Shown here one piece after another: positions 27,718-36,549 of a stretch of 64,000 nt of DNA. A program made the translations under genes and the position numbers. The notes below the pieces were generated by a model that was given only the letters and a program-made list of their open reading frames with translations, was not told the origin of the DNA and did no database searches. Positions within the stretch are counted from its first letter, which is position 1. Every line of letters begins with the position of its first letter. Source of the stretch: Candidatus Staskawiczbacteria bacterium (GTDB lineage Bacteria > Patescibacteriota > Minisyncoccia > Minisyncoccales > Staskawiczbacteraceae); the NCBI GenBank assembly GCA_026395295.1, contig JAPLYZ010000010.1, positions 5,678-69,677 of the forward strand, written 5' to 3'.

Positions 27718-27746
27718 TAAAAAAGACGTGGTTTAGGTCGTCTTTT
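27718..27746 (-). terminator. Terminator after 27747-28109
   Basis: AAGACG-N10-CGTCTT flanked by A/T runs. Confidence 0.55.
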
Positions 27747-28109
27747 TTATGGGTTTGCGGTCTGAGGCGCAGTTGGCTGACAGGTTGTATTATTTTTTCC
27801 TGCAACTGCGTTTGCAATTCCAGAAAAATAATTTTCAATTTTTTTCCCAATGTCTTCAGAAACTTTTTGTTTTTCCTGATTAACCGCGTTTGTTATGGTC
27901 TCTCCCCCGCTTTTCACCTGTTCATCTATTTTAGGGTATATGCCAGACATAACCCAATTGGACCCTTTTGCCAAATATGACCCCACCTGGTTTGCCGCAG
28001 CTGAAATAATGGTTTTTCCTGTTGCCTGTGAATATGCCTGCTGGCTAAGAAACACCACACCAAGCAAAATAATTATCGCGACTATATAAATTATAAATTT
28101 TTTTTGCAT
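27747..28109 (-). CDS. Secreted/anchored hypothetical protein
   Basis: 120 aa with an N-terminal signal/TM segment. No recognisable motif. Confidence 0.35.
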   Translation of the reverse strand: MQKKFIIYIVAIIILLGVVFLSQQAYSQATGKTIISAAANQVGSYLAKGSNWVMSGIYPKIDEQVKSGGETITNAVNQEKQKVSEDIGKKIENYFSGIANAVAGKNNTTCQPTAPQTANP

Positions 28110-29605
28110 TATAATAATTTAATTGCTTCTTGGATGCGCTTTAATGTTTTTTCTCTGCCAAAAATAGCCGCGATTTCAAAAGGGCTTGGCGATGTTTTTT
28201 TGCCGGACAAAGCAGCCCGCAATGGCCAAAGTAAAAATCCTTTATTTTTTTCCGGGTAGCCTTTTTCTTTGTTAAACTCCCCTGCCCCACTTATCAACGC
28301 CTCCTCAATATTTTTAATTTCCCATGTTTTTAAATCAGATAAAATCCTGTCGCACAATAAAAGAGCCTCTTTTACATCTTCGTCCTGCATATCGCTCCAC
28401 TTCAGCAAGTCTTTTTCATAGCTAGGTTTGTCGTGAAAAAATAAATCTGACAACTCAACAATGTCTGATAGTTTTTTCATTCGGGTTTTAGAAACCTCAA
28501 TAATCTCCTGCAGTTTGTTTTGCGAAACCTGGCCGGCAACCAAAAGACCGGCTTCTTTTAAATAAGGCTCGCAAAGTTTTGTTAATTTTTCAATTGGTTT
28601 CTCGCGGATGTATAAACCATTTAAAAATTCTAAGCGCTGGATGTTAAAAATGGCTCCGGCTTTTTGTACTTTTTCTATTGAAAATTCTTTTGACAGTTGG
28701 GCCAAGGTAAACAATTCTTTTTCTGTTCCGGGGTTCCAGCCCAATAAAACCATAAAATTTACTAAAGCCTCGGGCAAATATCCCTGCCTGTGATAATCAG
28801 CCACTGCAACGTCTCCCTGCCGTTTAGAAAGCTTGCTTCGGTCAGCGTTTAACATCAATGGCAAGTGCGCATAGATGGGGTGATAAAAACCAAGCGCTTC
28901 CTGAAGCAATATCTGGCGCGGAGTGTTGGGCAAATGTTCCTCGCCCCTGATTACGTGGCTTATTTGCATTAAAAAATCATCAACCACAACTGCAAAATGA
29001 AACAAAGGGTTGTCCAAGCTTTTTGCTATAACAATATCGCCTAATAGGCTGGCATCAAACTCCACTTCTCCGCGAATTAAGTCAGTGAATTTTACTTTTT
29101 TATTTTGAACTCTAAATCTTATAACAGACTGTTTTCCTTCAGCTAAATTTTTCTGGACAACTTCTGGCGACAAATGGGCGCAACTGCCGTCGTATTTTGG
29201 CGCCAATCCCCTGCTCATTTGCTCTTGGCGTTTAGATTCCAATTCTTCCTCTGAACAAAAACAATAATATGCTTTGTCCTCCACCAAAAATTTTTCTAAA
29301 TAATTTTTGTAAATATTCAGCCTTTGAGATTGCTTGTACGGCCCGAAGTCTCCACCAATGTCCGGCCCCTCATCCCACTGAACCCCCAGCCATTTTAGCT
29401 GCTCAATAATTTCATCTGTCCACTTTTGTTCCGACCTCTTCACATCGGTGTCTTCAATGCGTAAAATAAATTTACCATTATTTTTTTTTGCAAAAAGGTA
29501 GTTGAACAAAGCAGTCCGGCTTCCGCCAACATGCAAGGGGCCAGTTGGAGAGGGCGCAAACCTCACCCTAACCGGCATACTTTTTTCTTTAATATCTTTT
29601 TTCAT
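28109..29605 (-). CDS. gltX: Glutamate--tRNA ligase
   Basis: HIGH-type motif SPTGPLHVGG and KMSKS-type KLSKR. The true start may be MPVRVRF at 29578. Confidence 0.95.
   Translation of the reverse strand: MKKDIKEKSMPVRVRFAPSPTGPLHVGGSRTALFNYLFAKKNNGKFILRIEDTDVKRSEQKWTDEIIEQLKWLGVQWDEGPDIGGDFGPYKQSQRLNIYKNYLEKFLVEDKAYYCFCSEEELESKRQEQMSRGLAPKYDGSCAHLSPEVVQKNLAEGKQSVIRFRVQNKKVKFTDLIRGEVEFDASLLGDIVIAKSLDNPLFHFAVVVDDFLMQISHVIRGEEHLPNTPRQILLQEALGFYHPIYAHLPLMLNADRSKLSKRQGDVAVADYHRQGYLPEALVNFMVLLGWNPGTEKELFTLAQLSKEFSIEKVQKAGAIFNIQRLEFLNGLYIREKPIEKLTKLCEPYLKEAGLLVAGQVSQNKLQEIIEVSKTRMKKLSDIVELSDLFFHDKPSYEKDLLKWSDMQDEDVKEALLLCDRILSDLKTWEIKNIEEALISGAGEFNKEKGYPEKNKGFLLWPLRAALSGKKTSPSPFEIAAIFGREKTLKRIQEAIKLL
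28348..28358 (-). repeat. ATTGTGCGACA 11-mer, copy 5
   Basis: Exact copy on the minus strand inside gltX (frame ttg-tgc-gac). Confidence 0.95.
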
Positions 29606-29614
29606 CTTATTTTT

Positions 29615-30733
29615 TTAGTCTAACATTAAAAATTCTAATATTTCGCGGGCAACGGCGCGGGCTGCCAAAGGTTTTGCAAACGCCAGCGCCGATTGTTTCA
29701 TTTCTTCTAATTTTTCAGGATGCAAAAATAATAATTGGACATTTTCCATAAAAAAATTAGGGGTCAAGTTTTCTTGTTCAACAACAATTGCTGATCCGTT
29801 TTGGGCATAAGCATAGGCATTTTTTGATTGGTGGTCGGCTGCTGCTGACGGAAGAGGAATTAAAATGCTTGGTTTGCCGACTGCAGCAATTTCAAAAATT
29901 GAACCCGAACCCGACCGCGAAATTATTAAATCAGCGGCTTTATAGGCGTGCCTCATTTTTTCTTCATTTAAAAACCCAATTGGGTGATAATACTTGTCTA
30001 GGCTTTTGTCTTGCATGGCAACCTGGGCCTCAGCCGACACTTCTTTAACATTTAAACTTCCTGTAACGTGAATTATCTCGTAATCTTTCAGTAAATTATT
30101 CAATACATTAAGAATGAAATCATTAATTGTTTCAGCGCCCTGCGAGCCTCCAATTACTAAAAATATGGGTTTAGAAAGAGTTAAATTAAAAATTTCTGCG
30201 GCGGTTTGTTTGTCGCCCTCTAAAATGTCACTTCTTATGGGATTTCCGGTTATTGTTATTTTTTCAGGGTTAAAATATTCTGTTTTTGGGAAAGATGTAA
30301 AAATTTTCTTTGCCCATTTGGCGGTTGTTTGGTTTGAAAGCCCTGGCACCACATCGGACTCATGCAAAAAAACAGGAATTTTTAAAAACCGCGCTGACAA
30401 AGTTACGGCAATTGACCCTGACCCGCCCTTGCTAAAAAGCAAGTCGGGTTTTATAGATAAAATTAAAAACAAGCTTTGGATTATGCCAAAAGGAATTTTG
30501 AAAAAAATATCAACAAAATTCTGCAAAGAAAAATATCTTCTTATCTTGCCGGATATAATGGTTTTTATAATAAAATCTTCCTGCGAAAGCAAAATCAAAC
30601 CAAAATCATCTTTGGGACCCAAATAATAAAACTCCAAATCTTTTTTCGGGTAGATTCTTCTTATTTCTCTGACAATGGCGACCAGGGGAAAAACATGTCC
30701 GCCCGTTCCGCCACCTGTGAAAAGTATTTTCAT
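29615..30733 (-). CDS. murG: UDP-N-acetylglucosamine--N-acetylmuramyl-(pentapeptide) pyrophosphoryl-undecaprenol GlcNAc transferase
   Basis: Start trimmed to MKILFTGGGTGGHVFP (ATG 30733). The upstream 157 codons of the ORF read antisense through the foreign insert. Confidence 0.9.
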   Translation of the reverse strand: MKILFTGGGTGGHVFPLVAIVREIRRIYPKKDLEFYYLGPKDDFGLILLSQEDFIIKTIISGKIRRYFSLQNFVDIFFKIPFGIIQSLFLILSIKPDLLFSKGGSGSIAVTLSARFLKIPVFLHESDVVPGLSNQTTAKWAKKIFTSFPKTEYFNPEKITITGNPIRSDILEGDKQTAAEIFNLTLSKPIFLVIGGSQGAETINDFILNVLNNLLKDYEIIHVTGSLNVKEVSAEAQVAMQDKSLDKYYHPIGFLNEEKMRHAYKAADLIISRSGSGSIFEIAAVGKPSILIPLPSAAADHQSKNAYAYAQNGSAIVVEQENLTPNFFMENVQLLFLHPEKLEEMKQSALAFAKPLAARAVAREILEFLMLD

Positions 30734-30773
30734 ATTGTTTAATAATACCAAACCTGCAAAATTCCAGCAACCC

Positions 30774-30802
30774 TTGACATTGTCTATTTTGGGTATTAAG
30801 AT
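30774..30802 (+). promoter_or_regulatory. Sigma-70-type promoter of the pilin-like insert
   Basis: TTGACA, 17 nt, TAAGAT. Confidence 0.55.
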
Positions 30803-30874
30803 GTGGATAGCACATTTAACAATCCCGAAAGGGACAACTGCCAATCGCAGTTGAATATGGAAAGAAGTAAGTAT

Positions 30875-31300
30875 ATGAAGAAAAACAGATATGGTTTCAC
30901 ATTGATTGAGTTGTTGGTTCTCATCTCGGTCATCGCAATTGTAGCGGGCTTGCTTATTCCTTCCCTTGATCGCATAGTCGAACGGAATTACGGGAGGATA
31001 ATTCACGAACCGGATATAAATCAGATTTATCTGGTTATGGCGGTCGACAAGACCGTTAACGAGGTCATTGCCATGCCGTGGAGATTTGCCAATGACGGCG
31101 ACAAGGCAACAGACCGCCGGCTCCTCCTCAAGGTAAACGACGAGGTTTGCAAGGTTGGCACTTGGTTTATTCGAGAACCGAATAACAATATTAAAATTCT
31201 GCACATGCCCGACGTTCCGCCATTCGTCACGATGGTGACCACTGAAACGGTTACGAAAACAAATGTGACCGAGATACTCACCATCGAAGCCAACAAATAG
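30875..31300 (+). CDS. Type IV pilin-like protein (prepilin-type N-terminal cleavage/methylation domain)
   Basis: MKKNRYG/FTLIELLVLISVIAIVAGLL is a class III signal with Gly-1, Phe+1, Glu+5. Higher G+C. Confidence 0.6.
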   Translation: MKKNRYGFTLIELLVLISVIAIVAGLLIPSLDRIVERNYGRIIHEPDINQIYLVMAVDKTVNEVIAMPWRFANDGDKATDRRLLLKVNDEVCKVGTWFIREPNNNIKILHMPDVPPFVTMVTTETVTKTNVTEILTIEANK

Positions 31301-31448
31301 ACCGCACGTTCCGCAAGCAGGGGCAATTGAAAAATTGCTCTCTTTTTTTTAAGCGTCGGAATCCAACTGCCTTGCCGACGGGAAACATTGCAGAAAATCA
31401 AACTATGTGGTATTTTTAATTTAGCAACTTAACAATTTAAATCCTGAA

Positions 31449-31895
31449 ATGAAAGGACATATGATTACTCAAAAAGTAAGCAACTGGATTGGTTTTTGCA
31501 TTCTGACTGTCTGCGGTTTAGTTTTGGGTCTGTGTTTCGGCACAATTGGAGTGGGAGCCATGCCTTCTAATCCAATGGACGGCATTGGCATGAGCTACGG
31601 CGCGATGTTCGCGGTTGTATGCCTTTTCGCAAAGACACAGGGGCAGAAGAAATCTCACACAAGTTTGGTGTTGATTGTTGCTTCTGCCATCAGTTTTATT
31701 GCCTGCATGGATGCGGGGTTAATTATAAGCCTTATGCATTCATGGGAATTAGACCTGGCAAGCAGTTTGACCGCCGGTTTGCAACTCGACTTATGGATCT
31801 CCATTGGCGTTGGCTCGATGATATTGGCGTGGCTGTTAGTTCGGGCGAGTTTAAAGCATTTGTGCAGGACCTTTCAGGACCATTTTTTCAGGTAA
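31449..31895 (+). CDS. Hypothetical 4-TM membrane protein
   Basis: 148 aa, hydrophobic, higher G+C. Co-oriented with the pilin-like gene. Confidence 0.4.
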   Translation: MKGHMITQKVSNWIGFCILTVCGLVLGLCFGTIGVGAMPSNPMDGIGMSYGAMFAVVCLFAKTQGQKKSHTSLVLIVASAISFIACMDAGLIISLMHSWELDLASSLTAGLQLDLWISIGVGSMILAWLLVRASLKHLCRTFQDHFFR

Positions 31896-31896
31896 A

Positions 31897-31931
31897 AGAC
31901 CTCTCTAAGAACTGAGCAGGTCTCTTTTTTT
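31897..31931. terminator. Hairpin closing the pilin-like insert
   Basis: AGACCT-N15-AGGTCT, then CTTTTTTT. Confidence 0.45.
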
Positions 31932-33057
31932 AGGTGTTTTTGGAGATGTTGAGCAATAATCCTACGCCGATGAGTTCAACTGCCAAGTGCGAACCGCCGT
32001 AAGAAAAAAATGGCAAAGGAATTCCGGCTAATGGAAAAATTCCTGCCACCGAAGATATGTTTATAAACGCCTGCAATGTTATGTAAAAAACAATTCCCAC
32101 AGCTGTTAATTTGGAAAATCTGTCGTTTGAGTTTTTGGCGATTTGAAGTCCAAGCCAAAAAAGTAATATAAAAGCGGCAATTAAAAGAACGCATCCGAAA
32201 GCCCCTGTTTCTTCGCCAATAATGGCGAAAATAGAGTCTGTCATTGCCTGAGGCAAAAAACCAAATTTTTGAGCTGACATTCCCAAGCCCTTTCCAAAAA
32301 TTCCTCCAGAGCCCAAGGAAATCAGTGATTGCCTTAATTGAAATCCTTTTCCCAGAGGGTCTATGTCGGGGTGCAAAAAAATCAGCCAGCGATCCAGCCT
32401 ATACGGTTCAAATTTTACAAGAAGCAAAAGAATGGTTGCCCCGGAAAACACAACCAGCAAGGTGTGCCACAACGGAGTTCTGGCGGAAAAATATAAAACA
32501 AGCAAGGTGATGGCGATAATTCCCAACGTGCTGGCGTCTTTTTGGAAATATAATGCCACGGCAACCAACCCCAAAAAAATTATAAACGGAAGAAAAATGT
32601 ATACAATATTATGGTAACCTCTTTTTGTGATAGATTTCCAGTCCGATACATTGGCTTCAGATAACTTAGAAGCTATCCAAGCGGATAAATATAAAATGGC
32701 TGTAATTTTCAAAAACTCCGAAGGTTGAGCCGTAAATCCCCCTATGTTAATCCACCTGCTTGCTCCGCCCGCCCTAGAGCCTACACCAGGCAAAAATACC
32801 AGAAATAAAGCTGCAATGTTCAAAAGAACAAGCGCTGGCGCCCATTTTTTTAAAAAATGCAACGAAATTTTATATGCCCCAAACCCTAAAACAAGCGCCG
32901 GTAGGAGCCCAAAAATTAGCTGATGAAATAAATAGTAGTTTGTATTGCCAAACCTTTGCAAAGAAGCCGGCGCCGAAAGACACGCCAAAAATAAAAAACT
33001 GAAACCAATTAAAAAGACGATTAAAAAAAATAATAAATAGTTGAATTGCTTTTTCAT
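31930..33057 (-). CDS. ftsW: SEDS-family peptidoglycan glycosyltransferase FtsW/RodA
   Basis: 375 aa polytopic. LQPSEFLKI-like (AQPSEFLKITAILY), TDSIFAIIGEETG, PLPFFSYGGS. Confidence 0.9.
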   Translation of the reverse strand: MKKQFNYLLFFLIVFLIGFSFLFLACLSAPASLQRFGNTNYYLFHQLIFGLLPALVLGFGAYKISLHFLKKWAPALVLLNIAALFLVFLPGVGSRAGGASRWINIGGFTAQPSEFLKITAILYLSAWIASKLSEANVSDWKSITKRGYHNIVYIFLPFIIFLGLVAVALYFQKDASTLGIIAITLLVLYFSARTPLWHTLLVVFSGATILLLLVKFEPYRLDRWLIFLHPDIDPLGKGFQLRQSLISLGSGGIFGKGLGMSAQKFGFLPQAMTDSIFAIIGEETGAFGCVLLIAAFILLFWLGLQIAKNSNDRFSKLTAVGIVFYITLQAFINISSVAGIFPLAGIPLPFFSYGGSHLAVELIGVGLLLNISKNT

Positions 33058-35648
33058 ATCTTTTCTCCCAAATTTTTAACAGCTTCTTTAAATTTATCTC
33101 CTTTTTCTTCAAAGTCTTTCCAAATTGAATAACTTGGCGAAGCGCAGGAAAGCAAACAAATTTTTCCGGGTGCAGTAAACTTATAAGCAAATTCAACCGC
33201 TTCTTCCATGCTTTCGGTTCTAAGAATATTTAATCCTTTTAATTTTATTTTTTTCCCGCTATCTGGAAAAAGGACGATATTTTTTATTCTATATTTTTTA
33301 ATCGTTTTTTCTAAATTGGAGAAATCATATCCTCTGTCCTTTCCGCCTAAAAAAATTGTATCAATGTTTTTCAGCGACTTTATGGCCTCAATAGTTGATT
33401 CCGGTGTTGTAGAGATTGCGTCATCATAAAATTTAACACCCTTGAACTCGCCCACAAATTCCAATCTATGGGGCAAGGTTTTAAAATTCTCAATAGCCTT
33501 CTTTATTTTATTATCAGGCACGCTAAAGTATTTCACAGCAGTAACAGCGGCCCTGATATTTTCTTTGTTATGCTCTCCTAAAAGCAATAAATTTAATCCC
33601 TCAACAAATTTCTCGGTTATAAACGGCATTGGCTTCCCTTTTGATTGAGCTACCCATGCAGCCATTTTCTTATTTTTAGGGTTAAAGATAAAGATGTCCC
33701 CGGCTTGCTGGTGCTTTATTATGTTCTTTTTCGCGTTGTAATAATCTTTCAAACTGCGATGATAATCCATGTGCTCGGGAAAAAGAGATGTTACCACGGC
33801 CACATCAGGAGAAAAATTAATATCATCTAGCTGGTAGCTTGAAAGTTCCAAAACAAAAATAGTATTCTTTTTTATTCCCTTTGTGACAGCTGAAAGCATG
33901 GGCGTGCCGATGTTTCCTAAAAGCTCAACCTTTTTACCTGATTTTTTTAATATGTGATAAATAAGAGAGGCTGTTGTTGATTTGCCTTTTGTGCCGGTAA
34001 CTCCAATAATTTTGACTCCTGGTATTTGCCTGGCATAAGAAAAAAATATATTTGTGGCTGTTGTGTATGGAATTTTAATTTTCTCTTTAGCAACCCCGGG
34101 CGACCTTATGGCTATGTCGTAGTCTTTTTGTTTTTCTAAATAATCGGCGTCTGTTTCCTCGTCGCCAATGCCGATTTTAATGTCAGGAAAATATTTCTCT
34201 AAATATTCTTCTGTTACTTTGCCTTCTTTGCCATACCCCAATATAAATGCGCTATCTGCGCCTAAAAATTTAAGGTAATCTGGCACAGATGAAGGGTGGG
34301 TTTTAAAAACTTCTTTAATTAACTCTAATGGTTTCCTTTGGCCATTAAAATAAATTTCAATGGGCATTTTTTTATAATCAACAAAAAACCTATTGTCATC
34401 AGGATCAATTTTGGGTAAAAATATCTCGCCGGCAAGATCATCTCTAAGCTCTTTTCTGGCCATAAAAAACGCGGCTTTTGCTTCTTGGTAGGTGCCCACG
34501 CAATCAAATGGTTTTGATTTGCCAAAGCCAAGAATATCGCGCAGAGTGATTAATATCTCAGAATCTTGAAACAAATTTCTGCCAAAAATACTTACGAGTT
34601 TTTCTTTCGGCAAAAATGGCGCGAGAATCAAAAAAACAAACACGCATTTTGGACAATGCCCGCACCATAATTTTCCATATGAATCGTCTGAAGAGTTAAT
34701 TTTAAAATTATTGTTGCAGCTGGAAAAAATGTGGAGGTATTTTTCAAGCTTGGCAAACATTTTTGCAACCCTTATTTCATAAAATGGTCTAAGCAAAGAA
34801 AAATAAAGCAAATCGGGGCTTATGGAATTTTTAACATGGTCCTGGAATAAATTTTCAAATTCAGATGATTTTGACCACTGATGATTTATCACCCTTCCCT
34901 TGTATTTTACGTTGCCAAAATTACTGCTAAATTCGTTGGCAACAACAAAATATGAATAATTATAAAAAACCGCGGACATAATTCCCAAAAATGCGTATAT
35001 GCCGGAAATTGGCACATGACCGGAATAATATCCCACTTCCGGGTCAAATATTTTTTTATCCAAGTATCGCCTAATTCTAAAAGACCTCTCCCCCACTTCC
35101 TGAATAACGTTGTCTACCAGCAAAGATTTTTTTTGAGTTTCAACAAACAAAATAGAAAAATCAGTTTTAACTTTTTTAAACAGCTCTGCAGACACAATTG
35201 AATCTTTTCCTCCGCTTACGCCAAGCAAAAATTTGCTATTTCTTTCCAGCCTGTAGTTTTTTGTTTTTGCATCTTTATCAAAAGCAAATCCCGGGAAAAT
35301 AGCCGGATTTAACTTATTTCGGTAGAAAAATTCTCCTAATCCCTTTGTGTAAAAAGAATTCCAAAAATCTGCTTCTTCTCTTGCCAGAGAGTAATTTATC
35401 TTTATTTTTTTAGAGCAATAAAGTTTGTAATAACTGATTCCCAACGCTATATGCAAATCTTGCAGTATCTTTTTGACAAGACCCGAAGGTATTTCTTTTA
35501 GATTAGGGATTTTTGGAAGATTTATTGTTTCTGTAAATAAAATAAAATCCTTGGAGCCAAAGCTCGTTTTGTAATTAAAAAATATCCTTTTCTTTGAGGG
35601 CTCAAATTTGTATGAAGTGAATTCGAAAGTGGTTGGTCTTATTTCCAT
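33054..35648 (-). CDS. murD: Fusion protein: N-terminal PP-loop (SGGxDS) domain + C-terminal UDP-MurNAc-L-Ala--glutamate ligase (MurD)
   Basis: 864 aa. Residues about 1-460 carry LLGVSGGKDSIV and CGHCPKC. Residues about 465-864 are MurD-like (IIGVTGTKGKSTT, LGNIGTP, LEFVGEFKGVKFYDD). Confidence 0.8.
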   Translation of the reverse strand: MEIRPTTFEFTSYKFEPSKKRIFFNYKTSFGSKDFILFTETINLPKIPNLKEIPSGLVKKILQDLHIALGISYYKLYCSKKIKINYSLAREEADFWNSFYTKGLGEFFYRNKLNPAIFPGFAFDKDAKTKNYRLERNSKFLLGVSGGKDSIVSAELFKKVKTDFSILFVETQKKSLLVDNVIQEVGERSFRIRRYLDKKIFDPEVGYYSGHVPISGIYAFLGIMSAVFYNYSYFVVANEFSSNFGNVKYKGRVINHQWSKSSEFENLFQDHVKNSISPDLLYFSLLRPFYEIRVAKMFAKLEKYLHIFSSCNNNFKINSSDDSYGKLWCGHCPKCVFVFLILAPFLPKEKLVSIFGRNLFQDSEILITLRDILGFGKSKPFDCVGTYQEAKAAFFMARKELRDDLAGEIFLPKIDPDDNRFFVDYKKMPIEIYFNGQRKPLELIKEVFKTHPSSVPDYLKFLGADSAFILGYGKEGKVTEEYLEKYFPDIKIGIGDEETDADYLEKQKDYDIAIRSPGVAKEKIKIPYTTATNIFFSYARQIPGVKIIGVTGTKGKSTTASLIYHILKKSGKKVELLGNIGTPMLSAVTKGIKKNTIFVLELSSYQLDDINFSPDVAVVTSLFPEHMDYHRSLKDYYNAKKNIIKHQQAGDIFIFNPKNKKMAAWVAQSKGKPMPFITEKFVEGLNLLLLGEHNKENIRAAVTAVKYFSVPDNKIKKAIENFKTLPHRLEFVGEFKGVKFYDDAISTTPESTIEAIKSLKNIDTIFLGGKDRGYDFSNLEKTIKKYRIKNIVLFPDSGKKIKLKGLNILRTESMEEAVEFAYKFTAPGKICLLSCASPSYSIWKDFEEKGDKFKEAVKNLGEKI

Positions 35649-35692
35649 ATGTTAATTCTACCAGATTTTAAATAAAAAAAAAGCTCCGATGG

Positions 35693-36043
35693 CTATGAAA
35701 CGGAGCCTGAAGAAAACCATAGCCAATAGGTAATGAGACCTGCGATGCCAATCGCCATAACTCCCAGGGCGATAAGGACTTTATCCTGTCTTTTGGACAG
35801 ACCCCAGTCGCTGGATATTGTCTTGGCCGGAATTCCTAAAAAAAGCAAAATTGCAATCTGCGCGATAATTTTGGCGACGCCCGCAAAGCCGAGAAATCGC
35901 GTAACGCCCGCGACGATTATAAAAACTGCTGCGCCGAGAAGCAACCGCATTACGACTTTCTCGTCACTGCCTTTGCTTATGCTCCTCCTTGCGGAAGAAG
36001 CAGAAGAAATGGACATGGTATTCATAAAATAATTTATTATCAA
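35693..36043 (-). CDS. Hypothetical membrane protein
   Basis: 116 aa, 3 TM helices, moderately elevated G+C. Confidence 0.35.
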   Translation of the reverse strand: MIINYFMNTMSISSASSARRSISKGSDEKVVMRLLLGAAVFIIVAGVTRFLGFAGVAKIIAQIAILLFLGIPAKTISSDWGLSKRQDKVLIALGVMAIGIAGLITYWLWFSSGSVS

Positions 36044-36098
36044 GGTTCTTTAATTAAGATTACTCCCATGATAATAGTTAGTCAATGGTTTAGAGGCG

Positions 36099-36127
36099 TT
36101 GACGCTAAGATTGTTACATGCTATTAT
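36099..36127 (+). promoter_or_regulatory. Sigma-70-type promoter of the WG-repeat gene
   Basis: TTGACG, 17 nt, TATTAT. Confidence 0.5.
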
Positions 36128-36160
36128 TTTAACAGCTCCTTAATTCAATAAAAAAAGCCT

Positions 36161-36517
36161 ATGGAAGCAAAATCGACAAGCGAATTGTTCAATATCTACG
36201 ATGGCATCGGGCGTTTTTCCGAAGGCCTTACAGTGGCGCAAAAAGGCAATATGCGGATTTTCATTTATCCGGATGGAACACCCGCATTCGAGGCAGTGTT
36301 TAGTGAAGCCCTGCCTTTCTCGGAAGGATTAGCCGCGGTTAAGACGGGCGAGGAGTGGGTTTACATTGGACATAACGGCAAGCCCGCTTTCGAGGGAAGA
36401 TATGCTAAAGCCAATAGCTTTAGCTGTGGAACGGCCCAGGTCAAAGACGGCAAATGGTTTACCATCATTGACCATTACGGCAAAAGGGTGGAAAACTTTC
36501 CGCCACAACCTCTGTAA
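36161..36517 (+). CDS. WG-repeat (KWG-like) containing protein
   Basis: 118 aa with repeated F/Y-x-EGLA-x-V-K/Q-x-G-x-W units. Elevated G+C. Own TTGACG-17-TATTAT promoter. Confidence 0.5.
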   Translation: MEAKSTSELFNIYDGIGRFSEGLTVAQKGNMRIFIYPDGTPAFEAVFSEALPFSEGLAAVKTGEEWVYIGHNGKPAFEGRYAKANSFSCGTAQVKDGKWFTIIDHYGKRVENFPPQPL

Positions 36518-36549
36518 AAGAGGTTCTTTTTTTAAAATTTTATTTTTAA

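Noticed and set aside
30734-31204. 157-codon N-terminal extension of the murG ORF (29615-31204)
   Set aside because: The MurG homology starts at MKILFTGGGTGGH (ATG 30733). The extension reads antisense through the pilin-like gene and is not MurG-like.
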